Shown: piece after piece, positions 41,824-52,963 of the stretch
How the letters are laid out: each line of letters starts with the position of its first letter
Position numbering within the stretch: position 1 is the stretch's first letter
NCBI GenBank assembly: GCA_902775195.1
Contig: CACYLQ010000001.1
Span: forward strand, 21,253 to 85,252
DNA length: 64,000 nucleotides
Reading direction: 5' to 3'
Source of the DNA: an uncultured Pseudobutyrivibrio sp.
Lineage (GTDB): Bacteria; Bacillota; Clostridia; Lachnospirales; Lachnospiraceae
Position numbers and translations under genes: made by a program
The notes under the pieces: generated by a model
What the model saw: only the letters and a program-made list of their open reading frames with translations
Database searches by the model: none
Told to the model about the DNA's origin: nothing

Positions 41824-43494
41824 ATGGATAAGGGGTTTTTGCGAAAAGTTATAGTAGCAGTATATGTTATTTTTGTACTTTTTATTGAACTTTTGGGATT
41901 TGCATATTCTAATCAGGAAGATGGCAAATATCAGGAAAACTTTATTCAGTTCGATAGGGGCTGGACTATCGACAATATGGAGATAAATTTTCCATACGAG
42001 GCAGATGACGAATTTACTATCTGTAATACTATGCCGAAGGTATATGGAGATCAGTTCTTAATATTCCAGTGTTATTATGACGAGTTTTCTATATATATTG
42101 GTGGTGTTGAGGTTTATCGTTCTGTAGACAATAAATTATTTAATGCATATACAAATATAGGAAAAAAAGAAATACATTTACCATTAAAAGAGGAATACTC
42201 CAATAAACCTATAGAAATTCGATTAGATTTACAGGATTCTCTTTATGGTTCCGAAATATATGGCGCTTATATTAGCACTCGCTCTGGGTACGGCATTTAT
42301 GTTTTAAAGAAGCAATGGCTTCAGTTAACAATTGCTGTTATCCTGTTTTTCTATGGTATTTGCGAGGTAATATTAGCGCTATATTTTATTTTTAAGCGCT
42401 CACACATTATGCGAAAGCTCTCCTTTGAAGCTTTGCTTTATGCTGGTATTTTTGCTGTTGCAGCCAGTGTATGGCTTTTATGTCAGACCAGATTGTTATA
42501 TATAGTTTTTGGATTTGGAACAGGCTTTGCAATCCTGGAAATAGTTGTCTTTATGATGATGCCAATTGCCTTTTTGGAGCTGGTTCGAGCAGTTAATTTT
42601 AGAGTGAGCTTTTGGGATAATGTTATTGATGGTGCTATAGCTATTTTGGTTATGGTGCTGTTTGTTATATGTATATTTGGTGCCATTGATTGGGGACAGC
42701 TTGTGGTAATAGGACATGTTTATGCTTTTATCATCATGGGGTTATCTTCATACTATTCGTATACAAGTCTTAAAGAGACTAAGCGTAAATCTGAAAGAAG
42801 ATTGATAGCTACCGGTAATCTTATATTTTTAATGGTATGCCTGCTTTCTTTAGCTATGTATATAAATAACATAGATAGTAATTATAACATTATCCTGGTT
42901 TTGGGATTGATGGTTTATATAGGTACTCAGGTTGGCGTTATATATCGAAGAATAGGACTTAAGGTAGAGGAAGAAGAGGAATTGGTTCAGGTTAAAGAAT
43001 TAGCATATACTGATTCACTGACACATCTAACTAATAGAAGATTCTTTTATGATGAGCTTGCCGTATTAGATGACAAGGAGCTTATGAAGGATACCACCAT
43101 GGTTTATCTGGATGTTAATAGGCTTAAATATTATAACGACAACTTTGGACATGATGCAGGAGATGAATTACTTAAAGCCTGTGCTGATTGTTTGAATTAT
43201 GCATTTGAAGACAACTCCACAGCTATTATCAGTAGAATAGGTGGCGATGAGTTTATAGTTATGCTTGTTGCTTCTGAAAATGAGCTTAATCGTAGATTAG
43301 ATAAATTCAATACCCTTGCTTCAGGCTGGAAGGGGAAATATGTTAAAGGCTTATCTGCCGCTATAGGTATTGCTTCAATAAGAGATTATCCTGATGTAAC
43401 TCCAGAAGAATTATGTAATTTGGCGGATGATAATATGCTTCTTGATAAGAAAAAATATTATTCTGAATCGGGCTATGAGCGTAGAAAGAATTAA
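41824..43494 (+). CDS. Membrane-bound diguanylate cyclase (GGDEF)
   Basis: Extracellular domain plus about 7 TM; DSLTHLTNRR, DVNRLKYYNDNFGHDAGD, RIGGDEF. Confidence 0.9.
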   Translation: MDKGFLRKVIVAVYVIFVLFIELLGFAYSNQEDGKYQENFIQFDRGWTIDNMEINFPYEADDEFTICNTMPKVYGDQFLIFQCYYDEFSIYIGGVEVYRSVDNKLFNAYTNIGKKEIHLPLKEEYSNKPIEIRLDLQDSLYGSEIYGAYISTRSGYGIYVLKKQWLQLTIAVILFFYGICEVILALYFIFKRSHIMRKLSFEALLYAGIFAVAASVWLLCQTRLLYIVFGFGTGFAILEIVVFMMMPIAFLELVRAVNFRVSFWDNVIDGAIAILVMVLFVICIFGAIDWGQLVVIGHVYAFIIMGLSSYYSYTSLKETKRKSERRLIATGNLIFLMVCLLSLAMYINNIDSNYNIILVLGLMVYIGTQVGVIYRRIGLKVEEEEELVQVKELAYTDSLTHLTNRRFFYDELAVLDDKELMKDTTMVYLDVNRLKYYNDNFGHDAGDELLKACADCLNYAFEDNSTAIISRIGGDEFIVMLVASENELNRRLDKFNTLASGWKGKYVKGLSAAIGIASIRDYPDVTPEELCNLADDNMLLDKKKYYSESGYERRKN

Positions 43495-43544
43495 TTGATA
43501 TTTTCCCCTGTTATGATAGAATTAAAGTTGATTTTATTATAAAG

Positions 43545-43730
43545 ATGGGCAGGATAATGTTAGAAAATAATACTACAAAATACAGACAGATGTATTTTGA
43601 TATGGATGGAGTCATAAAACAAGAGACATATGTTTTCCAAAGGGAAATGACTGCTGAAGAGCAGGAGACCTACGAGAATTTAGTCGCAGATTCTAATCAG
43701 ATGACAATTTTTGATTTTATAAGTGATTGA
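43545..43730 (+). CDS. Small hypothetical protein
   Basis: 61-aa ORF (alternative start 43557) ending QMTIFDFISD; fills the gap before fchA. Confidence 0.5.
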   Translation: MGRIMLENNTTKYRQMYFDMDGVIKQETYVFQREMTAEEQETYENLVADSNQMTIFDFISD

Positions 43731-43779
43731 GACCTTGGAGGATGTCCAAGGTCTTTTAATATATTTAAGGAGAAAAGTT

Positions 43780-44394
43780 ATGAGTTTATTGGAAGTAAGT
43801 GTTACAGAATTTACCAATCAGTTGGCAGCTAAATCTTCAGTTCCAGGAGGCGGCGGTGCCAGCGCATTAGTTGGAAGCATCGGTATTGCTTTAGGTTCAA
43901 TGGTAGGAGAATTTACTATTGGAAAGAAAAAGTATATTGATGTGGAAGAAGAAATAAAGGCTTTGATGAAGCAGGCAATGGAGCTTCAGAATAAGCTGCT
44001 ACAATGTATTGATGATGATGCTACAGCCTTCGAACCTTTATCTAAGGCTTATGCCATTCCAAAGGAGGACAGCTCTAGAGATAGTATTATGGAGCAGTGT
44101 TTAAAGGATGCAGCCAAGGTTCCATACGAAATAGTTAAGCTTGCAGCATCAGCTATAGATTTACAGGAAGAATTTGCCCAAAAAGGCTCTAAGCTTATGA
44201 TTAGCGATGCCGCAACAGGTGTGGCGTTACTTTCTGGTGCCATGAAGGGCGCGGCTGTTAACGTAAAGGTTAACACAAAGCTTATGAAGGATAGAGACTA
44301 CGCAAAAACAATTGATGATAGTGTTGATGAATATTTAGATAAGTATCTTAAAAAGGCTGATGAAATATATTTAAATGTTATATCAAGATTATAA
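43780..44394 (+). CDS. fchA: Formiminotransferase-cyclodeaminase C-terminal family / methenyl-THF cyclohydrolase
   Basis: PGGGGASA, SMV...T.GKKKY, DDDA.AF, AAVNVKVN; next to folD; RBS AAGGAG. Confidence 0.85.
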   Translation: MSLLEVSVTEFTNQLAAKSSVPGGGGASALVGSIGIALGSMVGEFTIGKKKYIDVEEEIKALMKQAMELQNKLLQCIDDDATAFEPLSKAYAIPKEDSSRDSIMEQCLKDAAKVPYEIVKLAASAIDLQEEFAQKGSKLMISDAATGVALLSGAMKGAAVNVKVNTKLMKDRDYAKTIDDSVDEYLDKYLKKADEIYLNVISRL

Positions 44395-44406
44395 TTAGGA
44401 GGAGAC

Positions 44407-45261
44407 ATGGCTAAATTACTTAAGGGAAAAGATGTTGTTGAAAGTTTAAATTCAAAGCTTACTGAACAAGTGTCAAAGCTTAAGGCAGACGGAATAACAC
44501 CTACACTTGCAATTCTTAGAGTTGGTGAAAGAGAGGACGATTTGTCCTACGAAAGAGGAGCCAAGAAAAGATGTGAGCAGGTGGGAGTTTCAGTTAAGGT
44601 TGTTGCTCTGCCAATGGATGTTACTGAAGAAGAATATTTAGGTGAATTAGATAAATTAAATAAAGATTTAACAGTAAGCGGAATTCTTATGTTTAGACCA
44701 CTTCCTAAGCATATAGATGAAATGAAGGCAAGAAATATGCTTGCAGCTGAAAAAGATGTTGATGGCTGTACAGATTTATCTCTTGCAGGAGTTTTTACAA
44801 ATACTGAGCTTGGATTTGCTCCATGTACAGCAGAAGCTGCTATGGAAATTCTCAAGTTTTATAATATCCCATTACAGGGAAAAAAGGCTGTGGTAATTGG
44901 TCGTTCTTTGGTTATTGGCCGTCCTGTTGCAATGCTTCTTATGCATGCTAATGCAACTGTTACTATTTGTCATACAAAAACAACTGACATTACAGCTATT
45001 ACAAGGGATGCAGATATTGTTGTAGTGGCTTCAGGTCAAATGGAAAGTGTTGGTAGGGAATATCTTAGTGAAGGCCAGACTGTTATTGATGTTGGAATCA
45101 GCTACAACAGCGAAAAGAACAAATTATGCGGCGATGTTAAATTCGATGAAGCAGAGGAAATAGTTGATGCCATTACGCCTGTTCCTGGTGGGGTTGGTGG
45201 TGTTACCACAAGCATTCTTGTAAAGCATGTTGTAGAGGCCGCAATTAGACAAAATTCTTAA
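44407..45261 (+). CDS. folD: Bifunctional methylene-THF dehydrogenase / cyclohydrolase
   Basis: EKDVDG, PCTAEA, IGRSLVIGRP, ATVTICH, IDVG, TPVPGGVG. Confidence 0.93.
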   Translation: MAKLLKGKDVVESLNSKLTEQVSKLKADGITPTLAILRVGEREDDLSYERGAKKRCEQVGVSVKVVALPMDVTEEEYLGELDKLNKDLTVSGILMFRPLPKHIDEMKARNMLAAEKDVDGCTDLSLAGVFTNTELGFAPCTAEAAMEILKFYNIPLQGKKAVVIGRSLVIGRPVAMLLMHANATVTICHTKTTDITAITRDADIVVVASGQMESVGREYLSEGQTVIDVGISYNSEKNKLCGDVKFDEAEEIVDAITPVPGGVGGVTTSILVKHVVEAAIRQNS

Positions 45262-45280
45262 TATTTCTTTATCAAAAAAG

Positions 45281-45308
45281 CAAATTTTTAATTCAAAATG
45301 ACCGATTA
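45281..45308 (+). promoter_or_regulatory. Possible sigma-28 (SigD/FliA) promoter of the PilZ gene
   Basis: CAAA-N16-ACCGATTA, a partial match to TAAA-N15/16-GCCGATAW. Confidence 0.3.
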
Positions 45309-45348
45309 ATTAGGTAAAATATAAATATATTGTAATCGGGAGAGTATT

Positions 45349-46011
45349 ATGACTATTGATAAGTTAGTTGCGGGGCAGATTGTCACCTTAGAGATATTAA
45401 TAGGTGATTCTTCATTTGAATTTAAAACAGAGGTTATAGGTACAAACAAGGGTACTGGAGCACTTGTAAAGCCTTATATTTATAATGGTACAGTAGTTGA
45501 TTTCACTCAGGGGTCACCACAGGGATTGTCTTTTTGTTTACACTGCATAGACCCTGTAACAAACGGAAGGGTTGTTTGGAAGAATTTATCAGTTACTGTA
45601 GTTAACTTTAAAGGAATTGATTATTATGCCATTGATGCTAAGGCATTTGGTAGAATTGCAGCTTCTAGTGAAAGAAGAGAGGATGGGCGCGTTATAGTCA
45701 AAAAGCCTGGTTCTGCTCTTATGGAAGATGGTCATAGATTCTCTGTTTCAGTTCTTGATATTAGCGATAGCGGTATATCTTTTATTGGAAATTCATTCAG
45801 AGTAACAATTGGAGATGTAGTAGAGGTTAACTTTGCAGATGAGGCTAACGATTCGGACTTTAGTTTGGCGGTAAAGGCTAGAATCGTTAGAGCGGAAACT
45901 GAACGCAGAGGTGTCTTTTATGCGGGCAAGATTCTAGAAAGAGACAACAAGCTACTAGCTTACTTATGCTTTAAGGGATTGGATAGGAGAAAAGATACTG
46001 GTTTAGAGTAG
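45349..46011 (+). CDS. PilZ-domain c-di-GMP receptor (YcgR/flagellar-brake-like)
   Basis: RxxxR (REDGR) and DxSxxG (DISDSG) motifs. Confidence 0.82.
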   Translation: MTIDKLVAGQIVTLEILIGDSSFEFKTEVIGTNKGTGALVKPYIYNGTVVDFTQGSPQGLSFCLHCIDPVTNGRVVWKNLSVTVVNFKGIDYYAIDAKAFGRIAASSERREDGRVIVKKPGSALMEDGHRFSVSVLDISDSGISFIGNSFRVTIGDVVEVNFADEANDSDFSLAVKARIVRAETERRGVFYAGKILERDNKLLAYLCFKGLDRRKDTGLE

Positions 46012-46019
46012 GGGCAGCT

Positions 46020-46823
46020 ATGGGGGATGAAAAATTAAAACAAGAGCTCTTATATATGGTAAAGCTTACATCCAAATACGATTTTACCAGGATGGAGGTT
46101 GTCGAAGGAATTCTGAGGCTAGAAAACGAACGAGAAATTCTAGGCTCAGTTTTTGGTAAGAGATTTAAAGGCAGGATTTTTGATATTGCTGCAGGGGTGG
46201 AAGTTGATGACAAATGTGTTATCTGCGGCCAGCATGCAGACAACCATGTAATATGCAATCATTGCATGGAAACAATTGGCGACAGTGATTATGCCAAAAA
46301 TAAAATCAAGACTAAAGAAAAGCAAAGGCTCAAGCTTAACGTTAATGTTAAGAAATGTATCACAACAGTTATTTTGGCTTTGCTCGTTTTAATATTGTTA
46401 TTTCAAATATGGATTCTTATTATGTGGTATAGTATTCCTGATTACAATAAGCCTGAAAAGCCTAGAGTATCAGAATTTGACATAACTCCAGTTTCTTCTG
46501 AGGAGGAAGCATATAATCAAATAATATTGGATTTTCCAGAAGAGGAAGGCTATACAGTTACTTTTGGAAGAGCTGACACAGAATATGTAGGTCGTTTTAA
46601 TCTTGAATTAGGGGATTGCTGTCTTGAAAAAGAAGATGAGCTTACTGATGAAGAAAGATACGATTACTTCTTCACAGAGGATGTGTATATCTTCTATATT
46701 TCTTATTTGCAGAATCATTCTAGCAAGGTAGGAATGGCAGAAATTAATCAGGACGGCGAAATTATAATAGAAGGAACCTTTAACGACGGCAGAAGAACAG
46801 ATTCATTCTACAAATTTAGATAG
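46020..46823 (+). CDS. Hypothetical membrane protein with CxxC..CxxC zinc ribbon
   Basis: CVIC...CNHC, a single TM helix and an acidic C-terminal domain. Confidence 0.65.
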   Translation: MGDEKLKQELLYMVKLTSKYDFTRMEVVEGILRLENEREILGSVFGKRFKGRIFDIAAGVEVDDKCVICGQHADNHVICNHCMETIGDSDYAKNKIKTKEKQRLKLNVNVKKCITTVILALLVLILLFQIWILIMWYSIPDYNKPEKPRVSEFDITPVSSEEEAYNQIILDFPEEEGYTVTFGRADTEYVGRFNLELGDCCLEKEDELTDEERYDYFFTEDVYIFYISYLQNHSSKVGMAEINQDGEIIIEGTFNDGRRTDSFYKFR

Positions 46824-46916
46824 TTATATTTGAAAATTGATTTTTATTTTCACAACTAATACATAATTTTTTGGTATTATGCGTCTATTGAATTATGGTA
46901 TTAGTCGGAGGGATAT

Positions 46917-47375
46917 ATGAGACTTAGACCAGATGAGGAGAGAAGGCTTAAAGCAATTCTTGCACCATTCAAGGCTGATGAAAGGGTGCAAACAATGAAA
47001 GACTACATTCAACATGGTAAGATATCAACCTATGATCATGTGGAAAGTGTTACAAGACTTAGCTTTTGGATTAACAAGAGATTTCATTTAGGTGGGGATG
47101 ACAAGGTATTATCAGTAGGAGCCTTCCTACACGATTATTACCTGTATGATTGGCATGTTACTGATGATGGACATGGCCTACACGGTTTTTCACATTCAAA
47201 GACAGCATGTGATAATGCAACCAAGCATTTTGGCATTTCAAAGAAAACTCAAGGTGTAATCGAAAGCCACATGTGGCCTTTAAATATTACAAAGATTCCA
47301 AAATGCAGAGAGGCATGGATTGTATGTCTGGCAGACAAATGCATTTCTACTAAAGAGACTTTGTTGTGCAGATAA
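46917..47375 (+). CDS. HD-domain phosphohydrolase
   Basis: QHG..STYDH, LHDYYLYDWH, HGFSH, HMWPL, ADK. Confidence 0.85.
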   Translation: MRLRPDEERRLKAILAPFKADERVQTMKDYIQHGKISTYDHVESVTRLSFWINKRFHLGGDDKVLSVGAFLHDYYLYDWHVTDDGHGLHGFSHSKTACDNATKHFGISKKTQGVIESHMWPLNITKIPKCREAWIVCLADKCISTKETLLCR

Positions 47376-47496
47376 ATAGGTAAATAAAGTATTTATATAA
47401 AAAGGGGCTATGATATTGCATTGCCTCTTTATTAATGCTATAACTGTATTAATAGGACTAGAACAGTTCAAAACCTATCGAAAGGGAGAGTTAAGT

Positions 47497-48693
47497 ATGA
47501 AAAAAAAGATTGTGGCAATCTTGTTGATTGCTATTATTTCTGCGTCTGCAGTTTTTACTTTTAAATCTGGAATTCTATCTAATGTTTCTGGAAAATCAGA
47601 TGATTCATCACAAATCTACGTTACACCTTTAAATGAAATAATGGGAGAACAAAGCAGTTACACTCCTGAAGTTTTTATGGGCGTTGTTGAAGGACAGGAA
47701 TCTACTAGCATAACTAAAAGCTCAGAAAGAGAACTAGATCAGATATTTGTTGCTGAGGGGGATAGTGTATCTGAAGGTACTCCATTATTTTCTTATAAAA
47801 CAGATAATCTTGAGGCTGAAATAGTTCAGTATGGCTTTGATATTGAAGGCTATAATTTAAATATTGCAAATAGCACAAGACAGATAGAAAAGCTTCAGAC
47901 TGATTTGGCTAAAATAAAAGGTCAGACCGATAAGGACAAGGATGCCAGAGAAGATATTCAAAATCAGATAAATGGATTAAACACTGATATTGCAATCACT
48001 AAGAATTCAATAGATCAGACTAATGCCAAAATTGAAGAAAACAAAAAGAAGATGGGAAATTCAACAGTAAAGTCAACTGTTTCAGGAACCATTACAAAGA
48101 TTGCGGATGATACTAATCCATACACTTCAGATGGTACCTTTATCACAATCCTTGCATCTAAGGAGATGCGTGTTAAGGGTCAGATTAATGAGCAGAATGT
48201 ATGGGCTATTAATGTAGACGAGCCTGTTACACTTCGTTCTCGCGTGGATGAATCAAAGACATGGTCTGGAACCATTACAAAGATTGATACAGAGTCTAAA
48301 CAGGAAAAAAATGAAAACTCTTATGGCGGTGGAGATTCAAGCGATAGTACATCAACAAAATATCCTTTCTATATAACACTTGATAGCAGTGAAGGATTGA
48401 TGATGGGCCAGCACTTATACATTGAAATTGGTCAGACAGATGCCCCTGAAATGGATTTTTCTAATGGAACTTATCTATATGATTATTACTTAGCTTATGA
48501 TGAGGATGGTAATCCATTTGTCTGGGTTGATAAAAAGGGAAAGCTTGCAAAACAGCCTGTTGAGCTTGGCGATTATTACGAAGAACAGATGGTATATGAG
48601 GTTAAGGGGATAGATAAGAAAACTAAGCTTGCATACCCAATGGAAGATATGAAAGAGGGAATGAAGACCGTTTCTGGTGTTGAGGGTGAATAG
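47497..48693 (+). CDS. Membrane-fusion (HlyD/MacA/YknX-like) adaptor protein 1
   Basis: N-terminal TM, VAEGDSV..GTPLF lipoyl half, coiled coil, KSTVSGTI; in an ABC operon. Confidence 0.82.
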   Translation: MKKKIVAILLIAIISASAVFTFKSGILSNVSGKSDDSSQIYVTPLNEIMGEQSSYTPEVFMGVVEGQESTSITKSSERELDQIFVAEGDSVSEGTPLFSYKTDNLEAEIVQYGFDIEGYNLNIANSTRQIEKLQTDLAKIKGQTDKDKDAREDIQNQINGLNTDIAITKNSIDQTNAKIEENKKKMGNSTVKSTVSGTITKIADDTNPYTSDGTFITILASKEMRVKGQINEQNVWAINVDEPVTLRSRVDESKTWSGTITKIDTESKQEKNENSYGGGDSSDSTSTKYPFYITLDSSEGLMMGQHLYIEIGQTDAPEMDFSNGTYLYDYYLAYDEDGNPFVWVDKKGKLAKQPVELGDYYEEQMVYEVKGIDKKTKLAYPMEDMKEGMKTVSGVEGE

Positions 48694-48695
48694 TT

Positions 48696-49397
48696 ATGAT
48701 AGTTAAATTAAATAATATATATAAAGTATACGGACAATCAGGCTCCGAAACTTCTGTACCAGCACTTAATGATGTTTCTCTTACTGTCAACGAAGGTGAA
48801 TATGTAGCCATAATGGGACCATCAGGTTCTGGTAAAAGTACACTTATGAATGTTATTGGCTGCCTAGATAAACCAACCAGCGGTGAATATTTTTTCGAGG
48901 ATATGGATGTTCTTAAATTAAAGGACAGACAAATGTCGGATTTAAGGTTAAACTCCATCGGCTTTGTATTCCAATCCTTCTATCTGATGAACGAGGAAAA
49001 TGCCATTGAAAATGTGGCCCTTCCATTAAGCTATGCTGGTGTAAAAAAGAAGGAGCGAGAAAGACGTGCTATTGAAGCTTTAAGCAGAGTTGGACTTGCA
49101 GACAGAGTTAAATTCAGACCTGACCAGCTTTCTGGTGGACAAAAGCAACGTGTTGCTATAGCAAGAGCAATTGTTAATAATCCTAAGGTTCTTCTTGCAG
49201 ATGAGCCTACAGGTGCCTTGGATCAGAAATCCGGTGCAGCAATTATGGATTTGTTCCAAAAGCTTAATGATGAGGGAACAACAATTATTATGATTACCCA
49301 CGATTCTAATATTGCCAGCCATGCGAAAAAAACATATCGCATTGTTGATGGTAAGCTCTATTCTGGGTTAGAGGAGGGCAAGCATGAAGAAGTTTAA
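48696..49397 (+). CDS. MacB/LolD-type ABC transporter ATP-binding protein
   Basis: [37 protein letters not shown]. Confidence 0.92.
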   Translation: MIVKLNNIYKVYGQSGSETSVPALNDVSLTVNEGEYVAIMGPSGSGKSTLMNVIGCLDKPTSGEYFFEDMDVLKLKDRQMSDLRLNSIGFVFQSFYLMNEENAIENVALPLSYAGVKKKERERRAIEALSRVGLADRVKFRPDQLSGGQKQRVAIARAIVNNPKVLLADEPTGALDQKSGAAIMDLFQKLNDEGTTIIMITHDSNIASHAKKTYRIVDGKLYSGLEEGKHEEV

Positions 49398-50958
49398 GCC
49401 TTTAATTATAGTTGTTGTAATTATTCTAATTGTAGCTGGCGTATTGGCTGGGGTATTTAACTACAGACAAAGCAAAAAGACAGCTAAAGTTGTTTCCATG
49501 GCAACCGAGGGTATAGATGAATATTGGGGAGATAATATTCAAAGCTATGGAACAGTTACTTCTGAAAAATCCCAAACCGCTTATATTGCCAAGGGAACAG
49601 AAATCATGTCTGTCAATGTGAAAGAGGGAGATCATGTAAATGAAGGAGATGTCCTGATGGTTGTTAAAAAGCAGTCACAGGATATTAAGGGAAAGGAGCT
49701 TCAGATACAAAAGGCTGCCCAACAGCTTCAGGTTGAACAGACAAAGCTTGACCGTCTTCTTGATACTAAGCCTGCTCCTACAAATACATATCAAATGGAT
49801 TACTATAGCAATTATACTTATGTTTCTGCTATTGATTATATTGCTAAGGCAGATATGGGAGATGACGGCTACGGTGGAACCTACAGAGCTGATGATGTGG
49901 TTGCCAGTGAAATCTATGACGTAGATGGAAATAAGACCAGCACTATTTATTACATCTATAAAGATAGTACTACAGAAATGGATGAGAATAACAATCCAGT
50001 CCGTGAAAAGATGTCGGTAGACAAGCTTAGAGGAGCTGTTACAGCTGAGGATTTAAAGGATACAGACAAATTCGATACTAATTCAAAAACAAGCAATTAT
50101 GAATACATAAGAACTACAGAATATTATGATTCTGAAACTCATAAGGCTGTTGGAGAAAAAGTGTTTTATAGAGATGGAACCCTTGAAAGAGAGCATAAGG
50201 TCCCTGATGGAATGAATGCAGCACAGCTTAAGGACGCTATTGAAACATCTCAGCAGAGTATTAAAAAGCAGGATTTAGAGCTTCGTAAGCTGAAAAATGA
50301 GTTGGAAATAATAATTAACACAAGCGACAATGGAGAAATCTTAGCTAAGGTATCAGGAACGGTATCTAAGGTTCAAAATATTGATAACTATAATACAAAT
50401 CAGCCTTTCTTGATTGTTTCTGCTACTGATGAATACTACATTTCAGGTGCCATCGGAGAATTTTATTTGGATAGTGTAAATGTCGGTGATACGGTTTCAA
50501 TCAATTGCTGGGATAATGGTGCTACAGCAGAAGCGGTTATTACTGAAATCAGCGATACACCAAGTAAGGATTCAAACTTTTATAGTGGAAGTGGAAATAA
50601 TAACAGTAGTAACTACGAATTTAAAGCAAGCTTTGACAGAAGCAGTGGAATAGAAATTGGTTCGGCAGTAGATATTTCTATCACTCCTGCAGGTAGCGAG
50701 GAGGGCGGCTTTTATATTCCATCCTACTTTATTCGTAAGGATGCATCTGGAAGCTATGTTATGAAAATGGGTAAATCTAAAAAGCTTAAGAAGGAATATG
50801 TTAAGGTTGGTAAAAACTTATGGGGTTCTATGACAGAAATCAAACAGGGAGTTACTAAAAAGGACTACCTAGCATTCCCATATGCAAATGGAGCCATAGA
50901 AGGTATTCTTTGTGAAAAAGCTGATAGTTTAGATACCGGTGATGGAGGCTTAGGTTAA
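49384..50958 (+). CDS. Membrane-fusion adaptor protein 2 with large insertion
   Basis: N-terminal TM, VKEGDHVNEGDVL, coiled coil interrupted by about 150 aa, AKVSGTV. Confidence 0.75.
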   Translation: MKKFKPLIIVVVIILIVAGVLAGVFNYRQSKKTAKVVSMATEGIDEYWGDNIQSYGTVTSEKSQTAYIAKGTEIMSVNVKEGDHVNEGDVLMVVKKQSQDIKGKELQIQKAAQQLQVEQTKLDRLLDTKPAPTNTYQMDYYSNYTYVSAIDYIAKADMGDDGYGGTYRADDVVASEIYDVDGNKTSTIYYIYKDSTTEMDENNNPVREKMSVDKLRGAVTAEDLKDTDKFDTNSKTSNYEYIRTTEYYDSETHKAVGEKVFYRDGTLEREHKVPDGMNAAQLKDAIETSQQSIKKQDLELRKLKNELEIIINTSDNGEILAKVSGTVSKVQNIDNYNTNQPFLIVSATDEYYISGAIGEFYLDSVNVGDTVSINCWDNGATAEAVITEISDTPSKDSNFYSGSGNNNSSNYEFKASFDRSSGIEIGSAVDISITPAGSEEGGFYIPSYFIRKDASGSYVMKMGKSKKLKKEYVKVGKNLWGSMTEIKQGVTKKDYLAFPYANGAIEGILCEKADSLDTGDGGLG

Positions 50959-52211
50959 TGTTTGAAAATTTAAGATTAGCCTTTAGAGGCATATGGACAC
51001 ATAAGCTTAGATCATTTTTGACTATGCTTGGTATTATTATAGGTATAGCAGCTATCATCGCTATCGTTTCAACTATTGAAGGAACCAATCAACAAATAAA
51101 GGAAAATCTTATTGGCTCTGGCTCTAATACAGTGGATATCCAGCTTTATCAAAATGATTGGCCAATGGATTTATCCTACACTGAACCACCTTATGGCATC
51201 CCTTGTGTAAGCGATAGTGTATTAGATGAGATTCGTTCCTTATCGGAGGTTAAATCTGCCAGTAGATATGCCAGCAGACAGATATATGATGGGGTTTACT
51301 ACCAGAACACTATGATGAATGGTGGATATGTTAAGGGAGTAGAGCCAGACTTCTTCTCAACTGCAAACCTTACAGTGAAGGAAGGCAGGTTATTTACTTC
51401 AGATGAAGCTAATTCATTTAAAAAGGTATGTATAGTTGATTCAGCTATAGTAGAGGATTTATTGCAAAACGAAGCTCCTATAGGAAAGGTGTTAGAAATT
51501 GGTGGAGAAGCGTATGTTGTAATTGGCGTTGTGGAATCACGCTCAACATTTGAGCCTACTATCAAGACAATAGCTGATTATCAAACATATATGCAGGATG
51601 AAACAGGAACAGTTTATATTCCACTTAAGGATTGGCCAATAAGCTATAGATATGATGAGCCAGAAAATGTTCTTGTAAAAGCAACATCAACAGATGATAT
51701 GACAGCGGCAGGAAAGAAGACTGCAGATATTATTAACGGCAGTATTTCACCAACTGACGATACTATCAAATATCAGTCAAAGGATTTGCTAGAACAGGCA
51801 CAGCAGCTACAGCAGTTATCATCATCTACTAATTCAATGCTTATTTGGATTGCGGCTATATCTCTTTTGGTAGGTGGAATTGGTGTTATGAACATAATGC
51901 TTGTTTCAGTTACAGAGAGAACAGCAGAAATAGGACTTAAGAAAGCCATTGGTGCCAGAAAAGGAAAGATAATGGGACAGTTCTTAACAGAGGCAGCAGT
52001 GCTTACATCAATGGGTGGTGTCCTTGGTGTTGTCTGCGGTATTGGATTGGCTCAGATCATTTCGGTAATGAGCGGAACTCCAGTTGCCATATCATGGCCA
52101 GCAGCCATTATTGCTGTGGTATTTTCTATGGTTATCGGTATTGTGTTTGGAATCCTTCCAAGCCACCAAGCCGCAAACTTAAACCCAATTGATGCTTTAC
52201 GTAGCAATTAA
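50958..52211 (+). CDS. MacB/FtsX-family ABC permease
   Basis: [56 protein letters not shown]. Confidence 0.92.
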   Translation: MFENLRLAFRGIWTHKLRSFLTMLGIIIGIAAIIAIVSTIEGTNQQIKENLIGSGSNTVDIQLYQNDWPMDLSYTEPPYGIPCVSDSVLDEIRSLSEVKSASRYASRQIYDGVYYQNTMMNGGYVKGVEPDFFSTANLTVKEGRLFTSDEANSFKKVCIVDSAIVEDLLQNEAPIGKVLEIGGEAYVVIGVVESRSTFEPTIKTIADYQTYMQDETGTVYIPLKDWPISYRYDEPENVLVKATSTDDMTAAGKKTADIINGSISPTDDTIKYQSKDLLEQAQQLQQLSSSTNSMLIWIAAISLLVGGIGVMNIMLVSVTERTAEIGLKKAIGARKGKIMGQFLTEAAVLTSMGGVLGVVCGIGLAQIISVMSGTPVAISWPAAIIAVVFSMVIGIVFGILPSHQAANLNPIDALRSN

Positions 52212-52963
52212 TTTAAATCAAGCTCGATAGGACAATGGTCGGAGCCGAATACATCAGTATGTATTTTGGCATCGGCCATTTTTTCTTTTAAATCCTCTGA
52301 GACAATGAAGTAGTCGATACGCCAGCCAGCATTTTTCTCTCTGGCTTTAAATCTGTATGACCACCAAGAATAAATATCAGTCATATCAGGGTAGAAATAT
52401 CTGAAGCTGTCGATGAAGCCGGCATTTAAAAGCTCAGTCATTTTTTCACGCTCTTCATCAGTAAAGCCAGCGTTTCTTCTGTTAGTCTTTGGATTTTTAA
52501 TATCGATTTCTTGGTGAGCTACATTTAAATCGCCACAGAGAATTACTCCCTTTTTCTCATTGAGCTTGCAAAGATAATTTCTGAAATCATCCTCCCAGGT
52601 CATACGATAATCTAGGCGCTTAAGCTCGGTCTGAGAGTTAGGAGTGTAGCAGGTAATGAAGTAGTAATCTTCGAATTCAAGTGTGATAACACGTCCTTCG
52701 TTGTCATGCTCTTCAATGCCTATTCCGTAGCTTACACTAATAGGTTCTTTCTTAGAAAAGATAGCAGTACCTGAATAGCCCTTTTTCTCAGCATAGTTAA
52801 AATATACGTGATAGCCTTCCTTTGTAGTATCAAACTGACCTTCAGATAGCTTGATTTCCTGTAGGCAGAAGATGTCTGCATCTACTGAATCGAAGTATTC
52901 GAAAAATCCTTTGCCTACAACGGCACGAAGTCCATTAACATTCCATGAAATGAATTTTTTCAT
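52208..52963 (-). CDS. exoA: Exodeoxyribonuclease III (AP endonuclease)
   Basis: [42 protein letters not shown]; RBS GGAGG before ATG 52963. Confidence 0.93.
   Translation of the reverse strand: MKKFISWNVNGLRAVVGKGFFEYFDSVDADIFCLQEIKLSEGQFDTTKEGYHVYFNYAEKKGYSGTAIFSKKEPISVSYGIGIEEHDNEGRVITLEFEDYYFITCYTPNSQTELKRLDYRMTWEDDFRNYLCKLNEKKGVILCGDLNVAHQEIDIKNPKTNRRNAGFTDEEREKMTELLNAGFIDSFRYFYPDMTDIYSWWSYRFKAREKNAGWRIDYFIVSEDLKEKMADAKIHTDVFGSDHCPIELDLN

Noticed and set aside
47468-47492. c-di-GMP-I riboswitch (CAAAACCTATCGAAAGGGAG resembles P2)
   Set aside because: The stem pairs poorly, the following GACGCAAAG/P3 part is absent, and the sequence runs directly into the RBS.
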